A stretch of DNA of 58,367 nucleotides from Acidimicrobiales bacterium (GCA_024638805.1 JAHEJO010000003.1:1-58367); one strand, 5' to 3'; shown: positions 1 through 9,161, numbered from the stretch's first letter. Translations and numbers: made by a program. Notes: generated from the sequence alone by a model not told the origin.

Positions 1-842
1 ACGTCGGCCAGTCGCTCTTTGAGCCGAGCCCACCGTCGATGATCCATTTGCTGTTCGAACTCCGGGTCGCCACTCAACCCGGTGAGACGCAGCAGCTCGG
101 AATAGAACTGGGGTTCGATCGAGCCGATACTGATGTACTCGCCATCGGCGCAGCGGTACACCTCGTAGAAATGGGATCCGGTGTCGAGCATGTTGGTGCC
201 CCGGTTGTCCGACCACATGCCCATCGCCTTGAATCCCCACAGCATGTTCGTGAGACCGGCCGACCCGTCCACCATGGACACGTCGATCACCTGCCCCCGT
301 CCACTCGAGCGCGCCTCGAGGAGACCACACACGATCCCGAAGGCGCAATAGAGTGCGCCACCACCGAAGTCCCCAACGAGGTTGATCGGAGGGACCGGGG
401 CCGAGCCGGCTCGGCCGATCGAGTGGAGCGCCCCGGACAGCGCGATGTAGTTGATGTCGTGGCCGGCGACCGTCGCCAGAGGTCCGGTCTGGCCCCATCC
501 GGTCATCCGCGCGTAGACCAGCCGCGGGTTGGCCGCCTCACAGACCTCTGGGCCCAGGCCCAGCCGTTCGGTCACCCCAGGTCGGAATCCCTCCAACAGC
601 ACATCGGCGCTTCTGACCAACTCGAGTACCAGTGCGACACCATCGGGATGTTTGAGATTGATCGCCACGGAGGTCCGGCCCCGATTGAGCGTGTCGACCG
701 GCGGGCGTGCTTGGCGGCCGACGTGGTTTGGTCGATCCACCCGGATGACCGTCGCTCCCATGTCGGACAGCAGCCCAGCGGCAAAAGGCCCAGGGCCGAT
801 TCCGGCCAACTCGATCACGGTTACGCCGGTCATGGGACCCAT
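1..842 (-). CDS. CaiB/BaiF family III CoA-transferase (alpha-methylacyl-CoA racemase-like); 3' end lies outside the window
   Basis: Manual translation from ATG 842 gives MGPMTGVTVIELAGIGPGPFAAGLLSDMGATVIRVDRP, then EGFRPGVTERLGLGP, GHDINY and NLVGDFGGG. Absent from the ORF track because the stop is outside the window. Confidence 0.92.
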   Translation of the reverse strand, partial: MGPMTGVTVIELAGIGPGPFAAGLLSDMGATVIRVDRPNHVGRQARPPVDTLNRGRTSVAINLKHPDGVALVLELVRSADVLLEGFRPGVTERLGLGPEVCEAANPRLVYARMTGWGQTGPLATVAGHDINYIALSGALHSIGRAGSAPVPPINLVGDFGGGALYCAFGIVCGLLEARSSGRGQVIDVSMVDGSAGLTNMLWGFKAMGMWSDNRGTNMLDTGSHFYEVYRCADGEYISIGSIEPQFYSELLRLTGLSGDPEFEQQMDHRRWARLKERLAD

Positions 843-976
843 AGGATCCGGACGCTAACTGGTGGGTGGCGGGCGGTCAATAACTACAGGTATCCCTCAA
901 CCGGCCGATTCCTGAATCAGCAGCGATGCGCCGCTCGATCGTCGGAATCGGTCGATGAGAGCGAGGCCAGCGATCG

Positions 977-1008
977 CGTTCGGGGTCGACCGCCGCCGAC
1001 CCCGAACG
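977..1008. repeat. Perfect 12-bp inverted repeat (hairpin) next to the intergenic repeat element
   Basis: CGTTCGGGGTCG (977-988) / CGACCCCGAACG (997-1008). Confidence 0.8.
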
Positions 1009-1019
1009 TGCTCTATCAC

Positions 1020-1195
1020 TGTCCTCACTCCTCGGGGTGCGTTCGCACCCTCGTCGTTCGGCTCGCTGTCGCTCGAACAATGCCGCTCGTCGGGTGTGCT
1101 GCTTGCTCCGCGGCGCAGCCTTACGGCCGTGGCCTTGTCCTCACTCCTCGGGGTGCGTTCGCACCCTCGTCGTTCGGCTCGCTGTCGCTCGAACA
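1020..1195. repeat. Two identical 60-bp copies (1020-1079, 1136-1195) of a REP/MIRU-like intergenic element
   Basis: TGTCCTCACTCCTCGGGGTGCGTTCGCACCCTCGTCGTTCGGCTCGCTGTCGCTCGAACA occurs twice with period 116. Internal hairpin GGGTGC-GTTC-GCACCC. Confidence 0.92.
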
Positions 1196-1323
1196 GCTGG
1201 GAGCGTTGCGTGAAGAAGATCTCGGCGTGAGGTTTGGGCGCAATCACGCCTCGATTTCGTTCTTCCTGGGTGATTTTGCTGATGTGCTTATGTGAGACAC
1301 CCGACGTGTCGTAGTGTGGGGGA

Positions 1324-1539
1324 GTGACCGCTCAACGGAGCGCGGTCTCGAAAGGTGCATACATGTTTTCCCCTGTGGATCCCACCCGTTTGCTGGGCAG
1401 GAACTCTCGAGTTCACACCGGCCACGGAGTGATCACCGGCACGATTCTTGCGGCAGGGCCCAAGGGTGTGAGCGTGCAATGCGCAGGCGGAGTGGTCCGG
1501 GTCCCCTCGACTGACCTCCGTAGTATTCGTCCTCTGTAG
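1324..1539 (+). CDS. Small hypothetical protein, possible Sm/LSm-like (SH3-like) beta-barrel
   Basis: TAGTGT -10-like hexamer 6 nt before GTG 1324; alternative ATG 1363 has AAAGGTG upstream. Pattern LLGRNSRVHTGHGVITGTILAAG...VRVPSTDLRSI. Confidence 0.6.
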   Translation: MTAQRSAVSKGAYMFSPVDPTRLLGRNSRVHTGHGVITGTILAAGPKGVSVQCAGGVVRVPSTDLRSIRPL

Positions 1540-1859
1540 GCACCTCATCCGGCGCGTCGCCCGTGTACGGGGACAGGCTGGCGCACCCCCGCGCCCACCC
1601 ATCGACCGGACCCTTCGAGGCAGACGCGAGTTTGGTTCCTTTGGGGGACAACCGTTCTGGAGGGCACTGTCACGGCGGGCTAGTGTTCGCAGGTACACAA
1701 CTCGAGGCGGACCTTTTCGCTCCGGCCAACGATCGGGGTGCGGTTGGAGCTCCGCGGCGGGGCGCCGGCCGCACCCCACCGGCCTGGCCGAAGCCAGCAG
1801 GATTCGGCCACGCTGCCCAGTCCAGGCCCGGTGCGTTCAGGCCTGGAGCGATCCGAGGC

Positions 1860-2342
1860 TCAGCCCGCGATCGGCGTGCCCTCGAACGGAAGCGGATCAC
1901 CCGGGCGAGGAACGATCGGTCGACTCCAGCGCAGAGTGCGGGCGAGGTACGCAGTGATCTCGCGCCACGCCGTCGGATCCCAACCCGATGCGGTGGCAAA
2001 CGACAGATCGGGGTAGATCACCGTCAGGCTGGGAAGACGATCGATGCCGAGCGCGCCAACGATGGCGCGGTCATGGTCGGTGAAGGTGAGGAACTCGTCG
2101 GACCACGGTCCGAGGAACTGTGCGCTGCCTTCGGCATCTGCGGTGCACAGCCAGCACGTCCGCACATTCGCCGGGGTGAAATGCTCCAGAAAGCGGCCAG
2201 CGGTCTCGATGATCCAGGCACTCTCGTGGGTATAGGGATCGAGAGAGACGACAAGCAGTGGGTACGACGTGAGCCAGTCCCTCAAGGGATGACCCTTGCC
2301 GTGAATCGAGTTGAGGACGAGCTCCCCGGGCGCGTAACCCAC
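1860..2342 (-). CDS. Hypothetical protein, probable thioredoxin/peroxiredoxin-like fold
   Basis: 160 aa with alternating beta/alpha pattern and FTDHDRAIVGALGIDRLPSLTVI (AhpC/TSA-like). TACCCT 8 nt before GTG. Confidence 0.75.
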   Translation of the reverse strand: MGYAPGELVLNSIHGKGHPLRDWLTSYPLLVVSLDPYTHESAWIIETAGRFLEHFTPANVRTCWLCTADAEGSAQFLGPWSDEFLTFTDHDRAIVGALGIDRLPSLTVIYPDLSFATASGWDPTAWREITAYLARTLRWSRPIVPRPGDPLPFEGTPIAG

Positions 2343-2446
2343 GGCGGGCGAGGGTAGCGCAAATACGGCTGAGGTCGCGAACTTCTTGCCGCAAAACGAT
2401 CGGTGGTGGTTACCTCGCCGGCAAATCGAAGTGCAACAATCGTCGC

Positions 2447-3601
2447 ATGGCCCAACCCCACGTTTCGACTCCGTTCTTCACCGAAGACCATGAGGCTTAC
2501 CGGTCGATGCTCCGGGAGTTCGTTTCGCGGGAGATCACCCCCCACGTCCACGAATGGGACGAAGCCGGGGAGTTTCCCCGGGAGCTCTACGCCAAGGCGG
2601 GCGCTATCGAATTGTTCGGCGATGGTTTCTCAGCCGAGTACGGCGGCCATGGCCAGCGAGACGCCTTGCTCCGTCTCGTGATCATGCAGGAACTTGCCCG
2701 ATCCGGCTCCGGCGGCGTCGTCGCAGGGATGCTGAGCAACTACATCGGTCTACCGCCGGTCGAGAAGTTCGGCAGCCACGAGCTCAAGTCCAGGGTGCTC
2801 CCGCCCTGCATGTCGGGTCAGCACATCGGCGCCTTGGCGATCACCGAACCCTCAGGTGGCTCCGATGTCGCACGAATCAAGACCACTGCCAAACGCGACG
2901 GCGATCATTACGTGATCAACGGATCCAAGACCTTCATCACCTCAGGGATGCGCGCCGACTGGTTCACGACCGCGGTACGCACCGGTGGTGAAGGCCCTGC
3001 CGGGATCTCGATGATCGTGATTCCCGGTGACAGCCCCGGTCTCGAGCGGACCAAGCTCGACAAGATGGGATGGCTGGCATCGGACACCGCAACCCTCTAT
3101 TTCGATGATCTGCGCGTCAGCGCCGACCACCTCCTCGGCGTGGAGAACGCCGGCTTCGGCTACATCGTGAACAACTTCAACGCCGAGCGCATCGACCTGG
3201 CAACACAGTCGGTTGCCTTTGCCAGGGTCTGCTACGAAGAGGCTCTGGCCTGGGCCCGCGAGCGCCACACGTTCGGCAAACGTCTTGCTGACCACCAGGT
3301 GATCCGCCACAAGCTGGTCGAAATGGATCGGCGGATCAACGCCTGCCAAGCCTGGCTCGAGCTGCTCAGCTGGCGCCTGAACCAGGGCGACGACCCGGTC
3401 GTCGAGATCTCTGAGGCCAAGGTCGATGCGACGCTCACCTTCGAATTCTGTGCCCGTGAGGCGGCCCAGATCCTCGGCGGTGCCAGCTACCTGCGGGGCG
3501 ATACCGTCGAGAGGCTCTACCGCGAAGTCCGGGTGCAGGCGATCGGCGGTGGCAGTGAAGAAATCATGAGAGACCTGGCGAGTCGGCAGCTCGCCTTCTA
3601 G
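2447..3601 (+). CDS. Acyl-CoA dehydrogenase
   Basis: ALAITEPSGGSD, NGSKTFITSG, QAIGGGSEEIM. Confidence 0.96.
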   Translation: MAQPHVSTPFFTEDHEAYRSMLREFVSREITPHVHEWDEAGEFPRELYAKAGAIELFGDGFSAEYGGHGQRDALLRLVIMQELARSGSGGVVAGMLSNYIGLPPVEKFGSHELKSRVLPPCMSGQHIGALAITEPSGGSDVARIKTTAKRDGDHYVINGSKTFITSGMRADWFTTAVRTGGEGPAGISMIVIPGDSPGLERTKLDKMGWLASDTATLYFDDLRVSADHLLGVENAGFGYIVNNFNAERIDLATQSVAFARVCYEEALAWARERHTFGKRLADHQVIRHKLVEMDRRINACQAWLELLSWRLNQGDDPVVEISEAKVDATLTFEFCAREAAQILGGASYLRGDTVERLYREVRVQAIGGGSEEIMRDLASRQLAF

Positions 3602-3614
3602 TCATGCGTCCACT

Positions 3615-5237
3615 TCAGCTCTGCTTGGCCTGGTTGACGAGGGTACGAGTGATCACCTTCAGCGTGAGGGTCTCGTCGGCGCCTTCGAAGATACTGAGGA
3701 CACGAGCATCGACGAAATACCGGCTGACGTCGTACTCCTCGGCATAACCCATGCCGCCGTGGATCTGCATCGCCTCTCGGGTCACCCACTCGCTGGCTTT
3801 GCAGACGAAGGCCTTGATCATGCTGGCCTCCATCTTGCCCTCGCCCTTGGCCATCAGGCGACCAACCTGATAGGAGAACTGGCGTGAGGCCTGGATGATC
3901 GCCGCCATCCTCGTCAGCTTTGCTCTGGTCAACTGGTACTCGCTGATCGGCTGACCGAAGACCACGCGATTCTCCGCGTAGTCCTTGGCCGCTTCGTAGG
4001 CCGCTTGCATGACACCGACCGCCCGTGCTGCGGTCTGGATGCGACCGTTCTCGAAGCCGGCCATCTGGTAGTAGAAACCCTTGCCTCGACCGTCGTCCAT
4101 ACCGATGAGGTTCTCCGAAGGCACCCACCAACTATCGAAGGCCACCTCGTAGGAGTGCATGCCCCGATAGCCGATCGTGTCGATGGGGCGCCCCTCCATC
4201 TTGCCGCCGCCGTCCTGGTGGAGCTCGAAGCCTTCGGAGTCACCCCGTTCCTTGGGGACGACCAGGATCGACAGGCCGCGATGACCGAGAGACCTGTCGG
4301 ATTCGGTCCTGGCCAACACCATCAGAACGTCAGCCCGGGCGGCGAACGTGCACCACGTCTTCACGCCGTTGATCGCATAGCCGGGTTCGCCGTCGGGACC
4401 CGAGGCTTCGGTGGCGGTCACCTTGATGCCGGCGACGTCGCTGCCGTAGTCCGGCTCGGTCACGGCGATGGCGTTGAGTTTCTCGCCCATGGCCAGCTGG
4501 GGCAGCCACGTGGCCTTCTGCTCATCGGTGCCCCCGGCTTCCAGAGCGCGGGCGAGGATCTCAGGCCGCGTGATCAACGAACCAGCGGCGCACAGGGATG
4601 CCTTGCTCAGCTCTTCGGTGGCGATGATCATGCCGAAGTAGTCGCCTTCACCACCCGATGCGAAGCCGCCGTGCTCCTCGGGGATGCTGAGACCGAAAAG
4701 GCCCATCTCGGCGAGCCCGTCGATCAGTTCCTCGGGGATGTCGGCGTTATCGCGGTGGATGTGCTCCGCCAGGGGTGCCACCCGATCGGCGGCGAAACGA
4801 CGGAACGTGTCCTGAACCAGCTCGAAATCCGGGTCCAGATGGCGATCTCCGTCCTGATAGGCCAGCTCCGACAGGACCCTGGGATCGCGCCATTCGGCGA
4901 CGAATGCCCTGGTGGAATCGAGACCGCCCAGGTCGGCGCCCCACAGCGACTCGCGACCGAACAACGCGGCTCCCATCTCGGCGACCACGTCCGCAACGAA
5001 AACGCACGTCAGTTGTCCCTCGACCGTACCCTTCGCCCCGTAGTCGATCATCGACCGCGCCGTCTCGATAGCCGCAGCGGCGTGACCGACGTCGTAGGCG
5101 AGTACCTGGTCGTCGTCGACAGCACCTTCGGTCGCCAGTTTGGCGATGGCAGTGTTCACGACCGAGCCGGCGACGTCGAGGACATCGACCGCGGCGGTGA
5201 GATCAGGTTCTGGAATGATGATGTTGGCGCGTCCCAT
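3615..5237 (-). CDS. Acyl-CoA dehydrogenase with N-terminal extension, (2S)-methylsuccinyl-CoA dehydrogenase-like
   Basis: TEPDYGSD, GYRGM, RIQTAARAVGV, ARVLSIFEGADE. About 135 extra N-terminal residues. Confidence 0.9.
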   Translation of the reverse strand: MGRANIIIPEPDLTAAVDVLDVAGSVVNTAIAKLATEGAVDDDQVLAYDVGHAAAAIETARSMIDYGAKGTVEGQLTCVFVADVVAEMGAALFGRESLWGADLGGLDSTRAFVAEWRDPRVLSELAYQDGDRHLDPDFELVQDTFRRFAADRVAPLAEHIHRDNADIPEELIDGLAEMGLFGLSIPEEHGGFASGGEGDYFGMIIATEELSKASLCAAGSLITRPEILARALEAGGTDEQKATWLPQLAMGEKLNAIAVTEPDYGSDVAGIKVTATEASGPDGEPGYAINGVKTWCTFAARADVLMVLARTESDRSLGHRGLSILVVPKERGDSEGFELHQDGGGKMEGRPIDTIGYRGMHSYEVAFDSWWVPSENLIGMDDGRGKGFYYQMAGFENGRIQTAARAVGVMQAAYEAAKDYAENRVVFGQPISEYQLTRAKLTRMAAIIQASRQFSYQVGRLMAKGEGKMEASMIKAFVCKASEWVTREAMQIHGGMGYAEEYDVSRYFVDARVLSIFEGADETLTLKVITRTLVNQAKQS

Positions 5238-5303
5238 ACGAAGACAAACGTAGGCTGTTCATTCGTGGGAGGCCAAAGCGGTGGCCCGGTCGAGATCGGG
5301 TCC

Positions 5304-6164
5304 ATGAGTGGAGATCTGCAGGGAGCCTTGCTCGACTGGTTCTCCCGCTCGGGCCGGGATCTGCCCTGGCGGCGCACCCGCGACCCGTGGGCGATTCTCG
5401 TCAGCGAGTTCATGCTCCAGCAGACCCAGGTCGACCGGGTCGTCGAACGGTATACACAGTTCCTCGCACGATTCCCGACCCCGGTGGCGCTGGCTCGATC
5501 GCCCGTCGCCGACGTCATCGCCCTGTGGTCGGGTCTCGGCTACAACCGACGAGCGGTGAATTTGCACCGCGCCGCGGTGACAATCGATGTGAGCCATGGC
5601 GGGCAGGTGCCCGACGAGCTCGGCGATCTGCTCGATCTGCCCGGTGTCGGACCGTATACGGCAAGAGCGGTGCGCGTCTTTGCCTTCGAGCGGGCTGATG
5701 CCGTCGTCGACACCAACATCGGTCGGGTTCTGGCTCGCTGTCATCGCCGGCGGTTGACCCCCATCGAGGCTCAACGAACCGCGGAGTCGCTGGTTCCTCG
5801 GGATCGGGCATGGATCTGGAACCAGGCAATGATGGAACTGGGCGCACTCATGTGTCGGACCGAACCGCGGTGTGAAGAGTGCCCGTTGCGGGGCGCCTGT
5901 GAGTGGTTCAGGTCCGGTTGTGCGGGGCCGGATCCGGCCCATCGTTCCGCGTCGGTATCGCGCCCTCAATCGCGTTTCGCCGGTTCGGACCGGCAGGGGA
6001 GAGGGCGCCTTCTGAGCGGCCTGCGGGCCGGCCCAGTGCCGATGGGCAGTGTGCCGACGGTAATGGGGTGGCCCGACGACGCCGAGCGTTCGCTCAAGGT
6101 TGCAGCCACGCTGGTCGCCGACGGCCTGGCCCGCAGAAACGAGGCTGGCTTCGAACTGCCGTGA
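5304..6164 (+). CDS. mutY: A/G-specific adenine glycosylase
   Basis: RDLPWR, SEFMLQQT, WSGLGY, HhH LPGVGPYTA, VDTN and 4Fe-4S motif C-x5-CEEC-x5-C. Start taken at ATG 5304 inside track ORF 4005..6164. Confidence 0.93.
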   Translation: MSGDLQGALLDWFSRSGRDLPWRRTRDPWAILVSEFMLQQTQVDRVVERYTQFLARFPTPVALARSPVADVIALWSGLGYNRRAVNLHRAAVTIDVSHGGQVPDELGDLLDLPGVGPYTARAVRVFAFERADAVVDTNIGRVLARCHRRRLTPIEAQRTAESLVPRDRAWIWNQAMMELGALMCRTEPRCEECPLRGACEWFRSGCAGPDPAHRSASVSRPQSRFAGSDRQGRGRLLSGLRAGPVPMGSVPTVMGWPDDAERSLKVAATLVADGLARRNEAGFELP

Positions 6165-6174
6165 CGACGCGGGG

Positions 6175-6696
6175 TCAACGGTCGGTCGCCATCAGCTGAG
6201 CCACGATCGAGTCGACCGAATCCGACGCGATCCGTGACATCTCGTCGTCGGTGCGATCCTGAATGGGATGCGGGACGAACACCCGGCCCGGGTGAAACCC
6301 GATGGCGCTGCCCTGGGCGTCCGCAGCGTGTTCGAAGACAGCGCTGGCCACATACACCCCGGGGACGCCACGGCGTTCCAGATCGGCGATGTCGTGCACA
6401 CTGCACGACGTGCAGCTGCCTCAATCGGCAAGGGCTTCGATGACCGCATCGCAGTTGGCGGCAATCTCCTGGCGAAGGTCGACGGGCGCAGGTTTGGCGA
6501 ATGTCGGTTTGGTGAATCTGCGCACCTGCAGTCCGCGCCCTTCGAGCTCGAGCTGGAGCTGGTCGAGAAAGACGTCGCCGCGTGGTTTGCTGATGTCGAG
6601 GAGGCCGACAACCTTGCCATCGAGCGAGCGATGGCGTTCCGCCGGTTGTACACCTTCGGCCAGCCGGCCTGCGGTCGGGTCGAGAACGGTGGTCAT
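6175..6696 (-). CDS. UGSC-family selenoprotein (in-frame TGA at 6423-6421 read as Sec), 173 aa
   Basis: Track ORFs 6421..6696 and 6175..6399 are in one frame and join as EALAD-U-GSCTSCSVHD. AGGAG SD before ATG 6696. Hairpin 11 nt after the UGA. Confidence 0.88.
6391..6409 (-). promoter_or_regulatory. Candidate bacterial SECIS hairpin
   Basis: Minus strand GTCGTGCA-GTG-TGCACGAC: perfect 8-bp stem with a G-containing loop, starting 11 nt after the UGA. Confidence 0.7.
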
Positions 6697-6709
6697 GGGG
6701 GTACTCCTG

Positions 6710-8161
6710 TCATGGATGGATCCTGCGTGTCACCAGTTCACTGCCTTTCGGACCGCCGACCCAGCCGGTCAGCACCGATGAGAAAAGCCCCGCGTCACCG
6801 CCGGCGTGGACAATCGGCATCCCGCCGGCGCGGAATTTCGGCAACGGACCGGCCGAGTCGTCGTCGATGCTGCCTTCGTCGACAAAGGCGGCACCCCGAA
6901 GGAGTTCGTCCGCCGGGATCATCAGGAGATCGGCTAGCTCGCTTTCCAGCCGTTCCCGGTCCCATCCGGCATCGGCGAACACCCGCCCGTGCTCGGGTGA
7001 TACGACCAGCATCGCGTCCATGCCGATCACCAGCTTGGGGTGGTGGGCCGCTCTGAGAACCAGTGCGAAGCTTCGAGCCAGCGACATCGGGTCCCGCGAG
7101 AGCTGATCCACGATCGGGGTTGGACCCTGGCCGGCAAACAATGTGACGGCGTCATCGTCTGGCCCGAGACCACGGGACACCGCCAGCGAGGTGAAGGGTG
7201 AATCGTGCTCGCGCTCGGCGAAACAGAAGCTGAGCTTGCCGGGAGAGCCGTGCATCGCCATGTCGACGTCACCGGCGCTGCCACCGCCTATGTTGCGGAC
7301 GATCAACTGGAGGGCCCGGCCGATCGTCGTGTTGGCTCGGTTTCCCTGACCGAACGCGTTGAGGCCCGAGTTCATGCCGATGCGGGCGGTGACCGGGCCG
7401 TTCACGACGATGATCGGACCGCTGAAATAGGTTGTCGCGAGAAGGCCGTGCATGTTGAACTCGTCGGTACAAGCGGCCTCGACGGCGGCCAGCACGACGG
7501 GGAGGTACTCAGGTCGGCACCCCGCCATCACCGCATTGATGGCCACCTGCTCGACCGACACGTCGACCAGGTTGGGCGGGACGATCGCCACGATCTCCTC
7601 GGGGGCTCTCGTCGTGCCGGCGAGCATCCGAAGCACCCTCGCCTCGGTCGGCGGGATCACCGGGAGCCCGTCGGTCCAGCCACGATCGAAGACGGCCTCG
7701 AATTCGTCCTCCATCGAGCCGAACTCGACTCGGCGCGACGAAAGCGTGGAACCGCGGAAGCGGGCCTCGAGCTCATCCACCCGTAGTGGATCGACCGAGA
7801 GCGAACCGCAACCCGGCCGCATTTCGGGCAGGCCGGCGCCGAGGTTGGATAGCTGGGTGAACGCCTGCCAGTCCGAACGGGACCAGCCGATTGTGCGACG
7901 AACCTCGGCTCCCTCGCGCACTTCGATCAGGGTGGGGACCGTGTCGATGTCGTGGTGCCACGAGAAACTGAGATCGGAGTCGTCGATCGGAGCTGCCGGA
8001 CCGAGGTCCGGAAACGAGGGATCGTCCTGCACGTACACCACCAGTGGTGTGCCCGATCCGAGGATCTCGCGTAGGACCGGCGCGACCATCTCGCACGTGG
8101 GGCAGTCCCGTTTGACGACGGCAACGAACCCTGCGTCGGGAAGAGCAGGGCCACCGGTCAT
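6710..8161 (-). CDS. Thioredoxin-fold (CPTC) domain fused to a large conserved domain typically found with UGSC proteins
   Basis: KRDCPTC, DTVPTL, PGCGS, GWTDGLPVIPPT, NAVMAGC, GNRANTTIGRA. Start ATG 8161 has TAACGT 7 nt upstream. Confidence 0.85.
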   Translation of the reverse strand: MTGGPALPDAGFVAVVKRDCPTCEMVAPVLREILGSGTPLVVYVQDDPSFPDLGPAAPIDDSDLSFSWHHDIDTVPTLIEVREGAEVRRTIGWSRSDWQAFTQLSNLGAGLPEMRPGCGSLSVDPLRVDELEARFRGSTLSSRRVEFGSMEDEFEAVFDRGWTDGLPVIPPTEARVLRMLAGTTRAPEEIVAIVPPNLVDVSVEQVAINAVMAGCRPEYLPVVLAAVEAACTDEFNMHGLLATTYFSGPIIVVNGPVTARIGMNSGLNAFGQGNRANTTIGRALQLIVRNIGGGSAGDVDMAMHGSPGKLSFCFAEREHDSPFTSLAVSRGLGPDDDAVTLFAGQGPTPIVDQLSRDPMSLARSFALVLRAAHHPKLVIGMDAMLVVSPEHGRVFADAGWDRERLESELADLLMIPADELLRGAAFVDEGSIDDDSAGPLPKFRAGGMPIVHAGGDAGLFSSVLTGWVGGPKGSELVTRRIHP

Positions 8162-8304
8162 GGCTTCAACGTTAGTGACCATCCAGAACCCGTGCAGTCG
8201 ATGTGACCGTTGGTGAGATCTTGTTCACATCTTTCCCCGATCATCGGTCCGATCGCCTAGGTTCGGTGAGTGAAGGACCGCACGAGGATCACGGGGGGGT
8301 CGAG

Positions 8305-9147
8305 GTGCTGAACATTCACTTCTACGGCGTCCGCGGATCGACGCCGTGCTCATGTGAGTCCACCCGGGGGATCGGTGGCAACACCGCATGTGTTCTCGTG
8401 CAGGTCGACAACGAAGAGCCGATCCTCCTCGATCTGGGAACGGGGGTCCGCTACTACGGTGCCGAACTCGAGGCGGGTGGCGTCACGGCGTTCGAGGGCA
8501 CAGCCCTGGTCACCCACCTCCACTGGGATCATGTGCAGGGCATCCCGTTCTTCCGACCGCTCCTGCATCCCGACGCCAGACTCCGACTGATCGGGCCACC
8601 CCAGGAAGGCAGCACCCTGCAGGCCGAGGTGGCTCGCTTCGTGCAGCCACCTCTGTTCCCGGTCAGCTTGAGCCTGCTTCCCGGAACGGTCGAGTTCGTC
8701 GAGACCGATGGCGTGCAACCCATCGATGCCGGTTCGTGCACGATCACCTCGGCATCGGTACCGCATTGCGGGGTGACCAACGGATACCGCATCCAGAACT
8801 CGATCGGTTCGGTCGCCTACGTCAGCGACCACCAACAACCTTCGGACGGCTCCGACGTCCCAGCCGAGGTCATCGACCTCTGCCGCGATGTCGACATCCT
8901 CATCCACGATGCCCAGTACTCGAGCGCCGAGTTCGACGAGCGAAACGACTGGGGTCACTCGACTCCGGAATATGCGCTCGAAGTGGCCCGGCAGGCAAAC
9001 GCCCGCCGCCTGGTTCTGTTCCACCACGACCCGTCCCACTCCGATGAGTGGGTGCTGGCCACGGAAGAATCGGTTGGCAAGCGTGCTGCGGCCCAGGGGA
9101 TAGAGGTGATCGCGGCCTACGAGGGCTTGCAGCTCACATCGGGCTGA
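8305..9147 (+). CDS. MBL-fold metallo-hydrolase (PhnP/RNase Z-like)
   Basis: GVRGS, GGNTAC, THLHWDH, HDAQY, WGHS, LFHHDP. Start is uncertain (8266 or 8305). Confidence 0.9.
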   Translation: MLNIHFYGVRGSTPCSCESTRGIGGNTACVLVQVDNEEPILLDLGTGVRYYGAELEAGGVTAFEGTALVTHLHWDHVQGIPFFRPLLHPDARLRLIGPPQEGSTLQAEVARFVQPPLFPVSLSLLPGTVEFVETDGVQPIDAGSCTITSASVPHCGVTNGYRIQNSIGSVAYVSDHQQPSDGSDVPAEVIDLCRDVDILIHDAQYSSAEFDERNDWGHSTPEYALEVARQANARRLVLFHHDPSHSDEWVLATEESVGKRAAAQGIEVIAAYEGLQLTSG

Positions 9148-9161
9148 CTACCCTCGTCCGA

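Noticed and set aside
1020-1195. CRISPR array
   Set aside because: Only two 60-bp units, which is too long for a CRISPR repeat. The spacer contains a motif shared with other loci, dispersed copies exist elsewhere, and no cas genes are present.
897-1247. 116-aa minus-strand ORF carrying the repeats in frame
   Set aside because: It is mostly translated repeat and hairpin sequence with no recognisable domain. It cannot be supported as a gene.
39-1295. 418-aa + strand ORF and many similar long ORFs (e.g. 14068..15030, 19302..20528, 31521..33569)
   Set aside because: Antisense shadows of real genes, expected in high-GC DNA; no family motifs.
4005-5303. Long N-terminal extension of MutY (likewise track starts for sufB, livF, metZ, fbiC and the McrC-like gene)
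   Set aside because: These extensions overlap well-supported neighbouring genes. Motifs and start signals point to downstream starts.
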